A stretch of 50,025 bases of DNA from IMG/VR virus record IMGVR_UViG_3300031716_000014, positions 1 through 50,025 of that record; one strand, given 5' to 3'. The first letter of the stretch is position 1. The number at the start of each line of letters is the position of its first letter. Under the pieces are notes generated by a model that was not told the DNA's origin, searched no databases, and saw nothing but the letters and a program-made list of their open reading frames with translations. A program made the translations under genes and the position numbers. Of the stretch, positions 26,182-36,127 are shown piece after piece. The DNA comes from a virus (taxonomy: Duplodnaviria > Caudoviricetes).

Positions 26182-29164
26182 TGTTCTTCGCCCATCCCTT
26201 CCCGGCTCGCTTCGTGTAGACCGTCAAGCCTTCCGCGAAGTGCTTGCCCTTCTCGTACATGTTCCGATCGTCGGCGAAGTGGAGATGCATTTCGTTGATC
26301 GTTACGCTACCGGCCTTGTCCGGAGACATGAGCGGTTCCATCCGGCCGGTTCCGTTGTTGACCACGTTCATACCGGGACGAAGGTTTGCGACGCCGTTGT
26401 CAGCCCGCATGAACGACGCCGGGGGACGTCCCCACACATAGCCGGACGCCGACCCGTTCTCGTTCACGTACGCGCCGGTGTGCGGCGCTTGGATGACCTT
26501 CCCCTTGCCTGAGTACATGACCACGTGACCGGGTCCCCGTGATCCAAAGTGCGTGAAGCCGAGATCGCCGGGGATCGCCTTCGACCCGAGTCGGGTTGTC
26601 CACGGGTACTGAGTCTCGGACGTTCGCGGCGCGACGTTGCCGGTCGCTTTGTACCAGGCGTATTGCATGAGCGAAGAGCAGTCGAACCCGACCGTGTTCG
26701 CACCCTGAGCGAAGCCCCTCGACTTGCCGCCGGGTCCGCCACCACCCCACGAGTACGGCACGCCGATTTGAGATCGGGCAGCTTGAACGGCCTTCATGCC
26801 GTTGCCGCCCTCGAAGTCGCTCTTGTGGCTGAGAAGCCAGGTCTTGAAGTCGTTCATGTACGACTTCGGGACCCCGCCGATCATGCCACCGATGCCGGTC
26901 GTCCCAAGGGTGTTGTCGATCAAGCCCTTGATCGGGTTGAACACCCCATCGGCAGCGCTCGCGATGCCGTCAATGAACCAGTCCTTCGCCTTCCGCGCGA
27001 AGTCCGCGACCCATCCCACGATCCCGCCACCGGCGAAACCGGGCAGCATGCCGCCGGGGTCGCCGTACTTCATGGCGTTCTTGACGTCGGCTCGGTTGGC
27101 ACCCGAGTTGATCTGTGCCAGCAACCCCGCGTGCTTCCGGGTTGCCTTCGCGTTGACGACGAACTCGCCCTTAGAGAGCCGCGCGAGCACGTCGTCAGCC
27201 TTGCCCGTGGTCCCGACGTTGACCTTGCCGCCGGTCGCGAACTTCGGCGCTGCCGGAAGATGATCAGCGTGTACGAAGTCGGCGACCTTGTCCCATACGG
27301 CCTTGATCCCCTTCGTGTACACGGTCTCGACAATGAATCGGACTGGTTTCAAGGCAAGCTCTCGGACCTTGTCCCAGACCTTGCCGATAAAGGTCTTCGC
27401 CGACTCGAACGCCTTGCCGACCAGCTCGACGCCCTTCTTCATGACCTCGAAGACGGGCTTGACCCCAGAGTTCCAGACCTTCGAGATCACGGCGCTGATC
27501 GCGTTCCATGCCGGTGTGATGATGTTCTTCCACACCCACAGGAAGACCGGCGCAAGGATCTTCTCGACGTAGAACTTGATCGCCGCGAAGATGATCTTAA
27601 TGATCCCCCAAGCGACCTTGATCGCGAACGAGATCGCCGCCCATGCTGGCTTGATGATGTTGTTCCACAGCCACATGATCACGGGACCGAGAACGTTCTG
27701 ATAGTACGAGACCAGCGCCGCGAGCACGGGCTTAATGATGTTGTTCCATGCGAACTTGACGGCCGCCTGGATACCGGCCCATGCCGCTTGAACGATCTTG
27801 CGGAAGGTCTCCGAGTTCTTGTACGCATAGATGATCCCCGCGACCAGAGCGGCAATGACCGTGATCACGATGCCGATCGGGTTCGCTCGCATGGCCGCGT
27901 TAACCAGCCACGTTGCCGCCGCCCAAAGCTTGGTTGCCACCGTGGCAAGGGCCGTCTCACCACGGAAGGTCAAGATCGCGAAGTTGGCAATCTTGACGGC
28001 CGCCGCGAGCCCGGCGATAGCACCGGCCACGATCACGAAGGCTTCGGGCTTCAGCCCCAGGTTTTGCATGATCGTCTGAAGCTTAGTGATCGCCGGAATC
28101 GCGATGTTCCCGATCGCGTTCGTGAACGCCGACAAGATCGATCTCTTGAACGCCTCGATCCGGCTCGACGCACTGTCGCCGATCGTCTTCGAGGCTCGGT
28201 CGGTCGCACCCCCGAAGCCCGTCATCTTCTTCGACGCGCCGTCGAGGTCGAGCGCGAACAGAGCCTTACCGAGATCTTCCGCCTGAGTGCCGAAGAGCGC
28301 GACGGCCGCCTGAGACTGAAGAACCGGGTCCTTGATCCCGCGAAGCTTGTCGAGCGTGAGCTGAAGGGCAGCGCTCGCCGACTTTCCGCCCTTGCCGATC
28401 CGGCTCGCCATGGTGTCAGCGTTGAGCCCGATCATCTCGAAGCCCTGAGCCGTCAGCTTCGAGCCGTCAACCGCGCGGATCGAGAATTCCTTGATCGCGT
28501 CGGCGACCTTGTCCGAGTCGCGCGCTCCCGCCTGAAGACCTTGAACGAGTAGGCCGGTCGCCGTCTGAGCGTCGATCCCCATGTTCCGGAACAGGGTCGG
28601 GTACTCGGTTAGCGTGTCGAGTAGATCTTGCTGTTTGTTCGCGCCGAGTTGAGCACCGCGAGTGATCACGTCGAAGGCTTGCGTCGAGTCCTTCGCGAGC
28701 CCGGTACGCATGAGCGTTCCCACGGCCGCCGTGACCTTCGTGACGTCTTCGCCCATGACCTGAGCTAGCGTCAGCGCTCGCTCGGTCGTCGCCTGAAGGC
28801 TCGCGCTCGACGCCTTCCGCATGCCGTCCATGTTCTGAACGACGGACGCGACCGCGCCGTTCACTTCTTCCATGGAATCGCCGAAGGCACCGGCGAAGAC
28901 CTTCCCAGCAACACCCCCGATTCGCTTCGCTTCCTTGCCGGTCAAACCTAGCTGAGCACTTAGCTTCGCCTGACCGGCGTCAACGTTGATCGCGCCGACA
29001 AGACCGGCACCGAACGCGACGCCCGCGCCAATGCCGATCTTGTTCGCCGCATCCTGGAACTTCTCAAGATCCTTCTGAGCGTTGTCCAGCGACCGGCCGA
29101 CGCGCTTCAGGGTTCCCGTCAGCTTGTCTACGCCCTGGATTACGAAGCTCAGGCCGCGAGCCAC
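26165..29164 (-). CDS. Tape measure protein with C-terminal NlpC/P60 peptidase domain
   Basis: 999 aa Ala/Gly-rich, DKVADAIKEF, W-periodic repeats, GVPYSWGGG..FDCSSL..HV. Confidence 0.92.
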   Translation of the reverse strand: MARGLSFVIQGVDKLTGTLKRVGRSLDNAQKDLEKFQDAANKIGIGAGVAFGAGLVGAINVDAGQAKLSAQLGLTGKEAKRIGGVAGKVFAGAFGDSMEEVNGAVASVVQNMDGMRKASSASLQATTERALTLAQVMGEDVTKVTAAVGTLMRTGLAKDSTQAFDVITRGAQLGANKQQDLLDTLTEYPTLFRNMGIDAQTATGLLVQGLQAGARDSDKVADAIKEFSIRAVDGSKLTAQGFEMIGLNADTMASRIGKGGKSASAALQLTLDKLRGIKDPVLQSQAAVALFGTQAEDLGKALFALDLDGASKKMTGFGGATDRASKTIGDSASSRIEAFKRSILSAFTNAIGNIAIPAITKLQTIMQNLGLKPEAFVIVAGAIAGLAAAVKIANFAILTFRGETALATVATKLWAAATWLVNAAMRANPIGIVITVIAALVAGIIYAYKNSETFRKIVQAAWAGIQAAVKFAWNNIIKPVLAALVSYYQNVLGPVIMWLWNNIIKPAWAAISFAIKVAWGIIKIIFAAIKFYVEKILAPVFLWVWKNIITPAWNAISAVISKVWNSGVKPVFEVMKKGVELVGKAFESAKTFIGKVWDKVRELALKPVRFIVETVYTKGIKAVWDKVADFVHADHLPAAPKFATGGKVNVGTTGKADDVLARLSKGEFVVNAKATRKHAGLLAQINSGANRADVKNAMKYGDPGGMLPGFAGGGIVGWVADFARKAKDWFIDGIASAADGVFNPIKGLIDNTLGTTGIGGMIGGVPKSYMNDFKTWLLSHKSDFEGGNGMKAVQAARSQIGVPYSWGGGGPGGKSRGFAQGANTVGFDCSSLMQYAWYKATGNVAPRTSETQYPWTTRLGSKAIPGDLGFTHFGSRGPGHVVMYSGKGKVIQAPHTGAYVNENGSASGYVWGRPPASFMRADNGVANLRPGMNVVNNGTGRMEPLMSPDKAGSVTINEMHLHFADDRNMYEKGKHFAEGLTVYTKRAGKGWAKNIGLTP

Positions 29165-29833
29165 CGAGCACCCCCTGAGGTCTCTCGATCGGTACCGGGT
29201 CCGGCGACGGACGACGGGAGTTCGCAGAGACGAAGTGATGATCGAGAACGGCGAGCTTGTCGTTCGCCTGAGCGAGCAACTCGACGGTCAGTGACCATGC
29301 CGCGACCTCCCTTCCTCCCATGAGCTTCTCATTCGTCGCACTGTCCGGCGGAAGGTTCGAGACCAGCACCCACAACCGGCGTAGGGACATGCGTCCCGCG
29401 TACCACTCCGTGAGCTGATCTCTATCGCGAGGGTAGAACCTCGCAAGATCCGCTTCGACGGTCTCGCCGTGCTCGATCAGGAGTCCGGCGAGCGCCGTCA
29501 GTTTTTTGCCGACGTGCCCCCGATCGCTTCCCCGAGCCGTTCCATGAACATCTCGAACTCGTCTTCGTCCATCTCAAGATCTTCGAGGTCCGAGACCTTC
29601 TCGGCACCGAAGATCAGTTCGAGCGCTCCGAGGATGTCGTTCGCCGCGATCAAGCGCGTGAACTTCAGCCTCTTGAACTTCCGGGGAACGATCAGGTCGA
29701 GCTGACGATCTTCGACCTTCTCGCTGCCTTCGTCGTCTTCGACCGTGACCTTGTACTTCCATACGAAGATCCGGTTCTTACCTTTGGCTTCGTCGCTTGC
29801 GGCCTTCGCCGCGCGACCCAGGGATTCAGCCAA
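29064..29833 (-). CDS. Tail assembly chaperone pair; short form 29833-29498, long form by -1 frameshift at A AAA AAC (29507-29501)
   Basis: Slippery heptamer just before the TGA; the -1 frame reads LTALAGLLIEHGETVEADLARFY... into ORF 29064..29390. Confidence 0.8.
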
Positions 29834-29845
29834 GATCGTTCCTTC

Positions 29846-30334
29846 CTATCCTTCGAGTTCCTTCGCGATCTCGTTCAAGACACCGTCCATACCGGCCGCG
29901 ATACGTGGCCTGTACGGCTCTACAGCCTTCCAGAAGAAAGGCTTCGGGGTCTGCCGGACCCACGGGTCATGTCCGAACGTCGGGTGCCTTAGACGCGCGT
30001 TGGTGCCGTCGATATACGGGGGTAGTCCGGCCATGCCCTTAGGCATCTTCTTCCCCGCGATCTTAACCACCATGACCGCGTCCTTCTGAGCCTTGACCTG
30101 AAGAACGGCCGCCTTCGACAAAGATCGTCGGAGAGACGGCCGTCCGCGTCGTGCGTTCTGTCCCTTCGAGGGGGTTCCGAGCGCACCCTGTTTCACAGAG
30201 TTCAAGATCGGTTTCCCCTGAGCCCGGAACTCCTTCGTCAGCTTGCGCAAGATCAGCTTGCCGTCACCGGAAGATCGAAGCTGACGAACGAGAGCGTAGT
30301 ACTCGGGAGAACCAACCTTGATCGGCTTCCCCAT
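29846..30334 (-). CDS. HK97 gp10-like tail completion/neck protein
   Basis: Basic protein with LRHP.FG...Q.PKPFF; position in tail cluster. Confidence 0.6.
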   Translation of the reverse strand: MGKPIKVGSPEYYALVRQLRSSGDGKLILRKLTKEFRAQGKPILNSVKQGALGTPSKGQNARRGRPSLRRSLSKAAVLQVKAQKDAVMVVKIAGKKMPKGMAGLPPYIDGTNARLRHPTFGHDPWVRQTPKPFFWKAVEPYRPRIAAGMDGVLNEIAKELEG

Positions 30335-30346
30335 GTACTCAGCCCC

Positions 30347-30760
30347 TTAGGTTGTGGTGATCCGGTCCCAGAGCCCGGCGAGAGGCCACGAGAGCGACCG
30401 AAGCGCGAGGTCGCCGACCGTGCCGTCTAGCGGGTTGACCTGGTTGATCAGAACCGGCCCGAAGTACCGGGGGTTCGTCGTGGTGACCGTACCGGCGACC
30501 GGCTGAATCTGGACCGTGACCACGGTTCCGAACAACGGCCATAGCGTCGCGTCAACGGCCGACACGGCGAAGTCGTTGATCAGTTCGAGGTCAAGGGTCC
30601 CGTCCTTCAGACCGGCGATCCGGGTACGCCACCCACCGGAACCCATGGTCGTGGTCTCCAGCTCTTCAGCCTCGAACGGGAGCGTTACCGTCCGCGTGAA
30701 GTCGCTGAAGTCCGTCGCGTTGACGTTCACGTACGCATCGGTCAGTGAGAATGCCGACAT
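30347..30760 (-). CDS. Major tail (tube) protein
   Basis: EAEELETTTMGSGGWRTRIAGLKDG, NPRYFG; RBS ggaaggg. Confidence 0.75.
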   Translation of the reverse strand: MSAFSLTDAYVNVNATDFSDFTRTVTLPFEAEELETTTMGSGGWRTRIAGLKDGTLDLELINDFAVSAVDATLWPLFGTVVTVQIQPVAGTVTTTNPRYFGPVLINQVNPLDGTVGDLALRSLSWPLAGLWDRITTT

Positions 30761-30774
30761 GATCCCTTCCTTCC

Positions 30775-31518
30775 CTAGCCGATGCCCACGGCACAGGCGA
30801 TCTTGAACGTCCCGGTAATCGCCGTGACGCGAAGCCGGTACCACGTGTCGGTAATGGGACCGGCTACCCGAGTGCCCCACGTTCCGCCGGTCGTGGTGAT
30901 CGGGCCGAATGTGATCCGAGTCGTCGCGCTCAGGAACGTGTTCGCGTCGTCCGACTCAAGAACGGCCGTGATCGTCGTACCGGCCGTCAGGACATGGAAG
31001 GTCGCGTACAGGTATTGACCTGAGCCCACGGCCGCAAGCTGGACACCGGCCGACCCAGCGACGCCGGTCGCCGTCGTGTTCTCGGCAACCCCGGCGTCGG
31101 TCGTCGCTCGCTTCAGGAGTGCGCCCCTGACCAGACCCTCACGGTTGGTGTTCATCATGGACAGAGAGAACGGCGCGATCGAGCCGACGTCCCCGAACTG
31201 GGAGTACGAGAAGTACCCAGCCCGGAACATGTAAGCCGTTCCGCCTTCGTCGTTCGTCGGCGCGACGGTCACGACTTTCGTCATGGTCCCGAGTTCGAGA
31301 TCAGCGAAGACGGCAGCATCGGGAGTCGGGTCCCAGAATCCGGAGACGTCGAGGTTCGTCGTCTTCAGGCCACCGACCCGCGCACGCTGCCCACCTGACC
31401 GGAACGTCGTCGAGTCGAGCGCTTCGGCTTCCGCCCCGAGCGTGGTCGAGTTCGAGTACCCCGAGAAGTCCTGATCACTTACCAGAACCGTCGCGTCCGT
31501 CATGCTGAAGGCCGTCAT
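30775..31518 (-). CDS. Tail-tube-like paralog with C-terminal extra domain
   Basis: N-terminus aligns by eye with the downstream tube protein (AFS.TDA.V....DFS...EAE.L..TT..SGG.R.R..GLK). Confidence 0.65.
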   Translation of the reverse strand: MTAFSMTDATVLVSDQDFSGYSNSTTLGAEAEALDSTTFRSGGQRARVGGLKTTNLDVSGFWDPTPDAAVFADLELGTMTKVVTVAPTNDEGGTAYMFRAGYFSYSQFGDVGSIAPFSLSMMNTNREGLVRGALLKRATTDAGVAENTTATGVAGSAGVQLAAVGSGQYLYATFHVLTAGTTITAVLESDDANTFLSATTRITFGPITTTGGTWGTRVAGPITDTWYRLRVTAITGTFKIACAVGIG

Positions 31519-31705
31519 CTTCGGTCACCCCCTTACTCTTGATCGTCGTCGGCTTCGACCGAGACGTCTTCACGACCGGCTCGACGTGACCGGCCGCGAT
31601 CAGAGCAGGGATGTTCACCTGATCGGGGTCGAGCGTAGTCGTCCCGCCGGGCTCGACGCCATTGATCGCCCGCGAGCCGACCACCTTGTAAAGATCATCG
31701 CTCAT
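31475..31705 (-). CDS. Small virion-region protein
   Basis: YKVVG...PGG...NIPALIAAGHVEP; operon packing. Confidence 0.55.
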   Translation of the reverse strand: MSDDLYKVVGSRAINGVEPGGTTTLDPDQVNIPALIAAGHVEPVVKTSRSKPTTIKSKGVTEDDGLQHDGRDGSGK

Positions 31706-32121
31706 GAGTTGCCCCTTGCGTAGAGCTGAAGCGTGAATACCCCGCCGTAGTAGTTCAGGGCTGAGTACTCTTCGAGGTTCAACGGCCGGAACTCCCGAAC
31801 GATGCAGTCCTGAACCAGACCCCCGAGCGTCTTGTCACCCTCGATCGCTGCCCTGACCGACTTCGAGCCGACCGGGTTCGCGTACTCCGAGAGCATGCGC
31901 TGACCTTCGAGATCGATCGCCGATCCGGTGAAGATGTGAATCGTCGGTTCGAGCGACATGGTTCCGCGACCCATGCTCGCGTGATAGTCCGTTACCGGCG
32001 GTACGCCGACGATCGCCACCGGCGCGACGATCTGACCGGGGAAGTACTTAGCCACGTTCAGCCCGGCGATCGTCTTCAGCCGGGTTTCGATGCCGCCCGC
32101 GATTTGATCAAGAGTGGACAT
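31702..32121 (-). CDS. Tail terminator-like protein
   Basis: SVRAAIEGDKTLGGLV; position. Confidence 0.6.
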   Translation of the reverse strand: MSTLDQIAGGIETRLKTIAGLNVAKYFPGQIVAPVAIVGVPPVTDYHASMGRGTMSLEPTIHIFTGSAIDLEGQRMLSEYANPVGSKSVRAAIEGDKTLGGLVQDCIVREFRPLNLEEYSALNYYGGVFTLQLYARGNS

Positions 32122-32125
32122 GTGA

Positions 32126-32761
32126 TCAACTCCTGACCTTCACGCGCTGACGCTCGTACGGGTACAGCAGCTTGCCGACCTTCGGGATATCCCGGACCCG
32201 GACCGCGCCGAACTCGGACCAACCGGCCACGCCGAAGGGGGCTTCCCGCATCTTGAACGTCTCGGCCGCAAGCATGAGCTGAGCCTGTTTCACGTCCGCC
32301 GGGACAGCCGCCCATCCGAAATGCGCCGTGACCCGAAGCGACGCGACGTACCCGAGCACAGGGAACCTGAGCGCGTTGATCGCCCTGATCTTGAAGTACG
32401 GCCAACCGGTGTTACCGTCCCGGATGCCGTTCAGGGGTTCGAGCTGGTAGTCACTCGCCGTCCATGCTTCGGTGTACGTGCCGTCGCCGTTCGGGTCGGT
32501 GTCGATCTCAAGATCGGTGATCGTGTGGACGTCGTCGATCTCGGCAAGCCACGAGTACCGGCACGCGTACACGCGGGTCTGTGTACCGGTACTCGTGATC
32601 ACATTGTCGCGGTTGAACTGACGGGAACAGTGGTTGTTGATCTCTCGCGTCGAGCTTTCGAGCACGTCGTCAAGATCAGCGTCGTAGTCCGTGATCGAGC
32701 TGTCGATCTTGAGATATGACTTCAGCTCAGCTCTCGTCACGTACGGGTCGAGGAAGGCCAC
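32126..32761 (-). CDS. Head-to-tail adaptor (gp6/gp15-like)
   Basis: YVTRAELKSYL, INNHCSRQF, GWAAVPADVKQA, LLYPY. Confidence 0.8.
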   Translation of the reverse strand: MAFLDPYVTRAELKSYLKIDSSITDYDADLDDVLESSTREINNHCSRQFNRDNVITSTGTQTRVYACRYSWLAEIDDVHTITDLEIDTDPNGDGTYTEAWTASDYQLEPLNGIRDGNTGWPYFKIRAINALRFPVLGYVASLRVTAHFGWAAVPADVKQAQLMLAAETFKMREAPFGVAGWSEFGAVRVRDIPKVGKLLYPYERQRVKVRS

Positions 32762-33506
32762 CCGGATCAACCCCTTCCCGCGTGAGCCCGTTCGAGGTCA
32801 GGTACAGCTCTTCGTCGAGGTAGACGAGTCCCTTGTGATGGGTCGTGCGAACGGCCGTGTTGACGTGCATCGGTACCCCGAGTTCGGCGAGCCGGATACA
32901 GAACGAAAGATCTTCGCTGTAGAAGCCTTCGCCGTCTTCGGTACGAACCCGCGTGAACCAGTCGGTACCGAACTTCTCGCGTACCGCGTCGAGTACCGAT
33001 CGGTGTACCAGGATCGCGGCCGTACCGGTCGCGTCCACCGGTACCACGGCATCGATCGGGTACCGGGGGTACGGCGTGAAGCCGGTCATCCCGTCCGGGT
33101 TCTTCTGGTACATGGTCGGGTGAACGTGGTACGTGTCCGCGTACATCCCGAGTACCGGACCCCGGCGAGCCGCGAAGCACAGAGCGCCGACGACGGGCCG
33201 ATCTTCCTTGTGAGCCGACGTGACGAGATCATCGACGATCTCGCGCGAGAATCCCATGTCGGTGTCCACAAAGAACAACCACTCGCCGTCAGTGGTGTCT
33301 AGAAAGGCCCTGACGACGTCGTTACGGCTGTCTGGGAGGTTCCCTGAGGTACAGAGACTCCGAAGCTCTCTACCGCCGTTACGGACGATCCTACGGCTCT
33401 TCATGAGGTCGAAGAGAGTGAGGTCCCGATACGAGAGACCGAAGCACGCGGACCATGATCCGTTATCCAGGTAGCCGACGACCACCGACCCCGCCGTGAT
33501 CTTCAC
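32727..33506 (-). CDS. Glycosyltransferase (GT-A fold)
   Basis: SRNDVVRAFL, WLFFVDTDMGF, TGTAAILVHR, SEDLSFC.R. Confidence 0.8.
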   Translation of the reverse strand: MKITAGSVVVGYLDNGSWSACFGLSYRDLTLFDLMKSRRIVRNGGRELRSLCTSGNLPDSRNDVVRAFLDTTDGEWLFFVDTDMGFSREIVDDLVTSAHKEDRPVVGALCFAARRGPVLGMYADTYHVHPTMYQKNPDGMTGFTPYPRYPIDAVVPVDATGTAAILVHRSVLDAVREKFGTDWFTRVRTEDGEGFYSEDLSFCIRLAELGVPMHVNTAVRTTHHKGLVYLDEELYLTSNGLTREGVDPGGLPRPVRDES

Positions 33507-33784
33507 TTGTCGTCGTCTCCCTTCGTGCGCGGTCCGCGACGCGTGGTCCGGGCAGAGCTGACGGAACGTCGCTCGCCGGGTGCTGCCGTCGCCGTCTCGA
33601 CCGGTGCCGAGACCGGCTCGGACGAAGCGGTACTGAAGTCGATCTTCTGAGGTTCCCAGAGGTCCGGGTGAGCCCGGACGATCGGGTGATCTTCGTGTGC
33701 CGTCGTGATCTTTCCCTTGACCACGATCCGGCGTCCTTCGTAAACGATCAGTGCGTTGGTCTTCGCGACCAGGATAAGGCTCAT
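33503..33784 (-). CDS. Small protein downstream of capsid
   Basis: HPIVRAHPDLWEP, VETATAAPGERR. Confidence 0.65.
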   Translation of the reverse strand: MSLILVAKTNALIVYEGRRIVVKGKITTAHEDHPIVRAHPDLWEPQKIDFSTASSEPVSAPVETATAAPGERRSVSSARTTRRGPRTKGDDDK

Positions 33785-33862
33785 GATCTCCCCAGGGATG
33801 GGACGGTACCGGCGTGGTACCGGGGGTACGTCGCTGCGGATTCCGTACCCCCGGTACCGGTA

Positions 33863-36127
33863 CTAGCTGATGTTCGCGAGGAACCGGAACGCGTTCTGAA
33901 CCAGAACCTTCGAGTTGTTCCGCCAGAAGGCGTACAGCCCGCGAGTTCCGTTCGGAAGGTTGTTCGCCGTCGCGAACAGGTGAGGAACCAGCTCGACGGA
34001 CATCCCGACCCGATCGACGATCAGGAGTTGCGAGAAGTCGCCGAACACCAAGAGCCGGTCGTTCGTTCCGGCCGTCGTGGTGGTCATCGCCGACGCTTCG
34101 TACGCCGGGTAGCCGATCAGCTCAGGGGGCAAACCCTGACCGAGCCGAACCCACAGGTCCCCGCCGTCGCTCGCGGAACCGAGCTGACGAACGCGGTTGT
34201 AGATCGACCGGTTCGCGAGCCACGAAGCCCGCGTACGCCACCGGGGAGCAAGATCCTCTTCCACGGCGTAGATGTCGGCCGACGTGAACGAACCGCCACC
34301 GTCAACCTGACACGTCGCGTAGTCGAGCGAGCCGGGAACGCCACCGGGGTTGTTGCCGGTGCCGTCGCCCGTGATGAACGACGTACCCTCTTCGGTCGCC
34401 TTCGCGTCCGCGAGCATGGTCGTCATCTCGGACCGCATCGAAGCCCAGTCCTGATCGAGTTCGATCGAGAACGGGACGAAGCCCTGAACCTTGACGGTCC
34501 GGACGGTCGGCTGTGCGAAGGTCGGGCCGTCGTTGCTGACTTCGGCCGCTTCGTTGTCACGCGAGACCGTGATACCGGCCGACGTGAGACCCTGCCATTC
34601 CTTACCGACGATCTGAACGACTCGCGCGAGCGAACGAAGCGGGTTGATCACTCCGTCGCTGGTCAGGATCACGCTCGGGTCGAGCATGAACGGAACCGCG
34701 TAGCCACCGGCCGTGTCGGTACCGAGCGAGAGGTTCGCGCGCTCTTCGCTGGTAAGGCCGTTGGTGTTCATCGCGAGCACGGCCTTACCGAACGCACGCT
34801 CATAGACCGGCGAGCCGGTCGCGAGAACGCGGCGCGCGAGGGTGCCGGTCGAGTCGTCGATCGAGTCGAGAAGCCGCGCGACCTGAGCCTGAGCCGCTTC
34901 GCGATCCTTGACGCCGGGGTACTTGCCGATCTCGACGGCACGCATCGCGTGATCCCGGTAGAGCCCTCCGAGATCGTCGAAGGACCGAGCGAGATTCCGG
35001 ATCTCGGTCAGGTCATAGATGTTCTTCGCCGTCCGGGCACCCATGACCGGCCGTGCGAAGTCGGCCGGACGCTCGACGCGACCGGGCTCGTTCGCCAGAC
35101 GTGCGAGACGCTCGCGGCGCTGGTTCGCGTCCGTGATCGCGCGCTCGTGAAGGTCGTACTCTTCGTCGAGCGTGGTCCACTCGGACCGGATGTCGTCGGG
35201 AAGTTCGGAACCGGCGTACTCGCCGTCGATCTCTGCGAGCCGTGCGCGGATCTCAGCCTGTCGCGCGGCACGCTCTTCGACCGTCATGTTCACGGTCTTG
35301 TCCCTTCGTTGTGTGTTGGGCTGAGTAGGAAGCTCAGCGCGAACAGGTTCCGAAGTGGGATCGGGTCCCGGCGACGGTTCTACCGAAGGTGAGACGGGCT
35401 CGACGTCCGGTTCAGGGCGATCATACGTCCTGTCACGGTTCTTCTGTCCAGCCTGGTTCTTCTCCAGTTCGGCACGTAGCGCCGCGATCTCTTCGGGGGT
35501 AAGCCGGTCGAGCATGGTCCGCACGCCGACGCTGGTCTGTTCGTATGCCGGGAAGACGACCGGTCCAGCCTCGAACAGCTTGACTTCCTTGATCGTCCTC
35601 ATGATCTTCGCCGGGTCGTCGTTCTCCCACAGTGCATCCCAGAGATCGGGACCGGCCTTGATCACCTTGTCGGTTTCGACGTCCCGCCACTCTTCCCGAA
35701 GGATCTCGAAGCGGAAGGACATGCCCGTGATCGCGTTGCCCTCGATCGCCTGACGGATCGGCTCGACGACCGGGTTGTCAAAGAGCCGGGCTCGGACGGC
35801 AAGGCCGGTCTCGTCTTCGCTCAGGGACTCGAAGGCACCGATCGGGACCGATCCGGTTCGCTGGTCGCGACCGTGATCGAACTGGAGAACCGGCGTGCGC
35901 TCTCGAAGCGTCTTCCGGAAGGCACCCTTCGCGATCGTCTCTGTGAACGCGCCTTCCCATGAGTTGATCTCGGTCGGTGCGTCGAAGACGGCCGCGTACC
36001 CTTCGAGGGTCCGGCCGTCCATCTCGTCAGGGTCCATCGGCATCTTCGCCGGGTCCATGGGCATCTTCGCCGCGCGGAAGTCAACCGCACGGGAGACAAG
36101 ACGCGGGGGCTGACGTCGGTCGGTCAT
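33863..36127 (-). CDS. Prohead protease - HK97-fold major capsid protein in one ORF
   Basis: LEGYAAVFD..E.IAKGAF..FDHG..GMSFRF..E.GPVVFPAY (protease); GGYAVP, EGTSFITGDG, LIGYP, FGDFS (capsid). Confidence 0.9.
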   Translation of the reverse strand: MTDRRQPPRLVSRAVDFRAAKMPMDPAKMPMDPDEMDGRTLEGYAAVFDAPTEINSWEGAFTETIAKGAFRKTLRERTPVLQFDHGRDQRTGSVPIGAFESLSEDETGLAVRARLFDNPVVEPIRQAIEGNAITGMSFRFEILREEWRDVETDKVIKAGPDLWDALWENDDPAKIMRTIKEVKLFEAGPVVFPAYEQTSVGVRTMLDRLTPEEIAALRAELEKNQAGQKNRDRTYDRPEPDVEPVSPSVEPSPGPDPTSEPVRAELPTQPNTQRRDKTVNMTVEERAARQAEIRARLAEIDGEYAGSELPDDIRSEWTTLDEEYDLHERAITDANQRRERLARLANEPGRVERPADFARPVMGARTAKNIYDLTEIRNLARSFDDLGGLYRDHAMRAVEIGKYPGVKDREAAQAQVARLLDSIDDSTGTLARRVLATGSPVYERAFGKAVLAMNTNGLTSEERANLSLGTDTAGGYAVPFMLDPSVILTSDGVINPLRSLARVVQIVGKEWQGLTSAGITVSRDNEAAEVSNDGPTFAQPTVRTVKVQGFVPFSIELDQDWASMRSEMTTMLADAKATEEGTSFITGDGTGNNPGGVPGSLDYATCQVDGGGSFTSADIYAVEEDLAPRWRTRASWLANRSIYNRVRQLGSASDGGDLWVRLGQGLPPELIGYPAYEASAMTTTTAGTNDRLLVFGDFSQLLIVDRVGMSVELVPHLFATANNLPNGTRGLYAFWRNNSKVLVQNAFRFLANIS

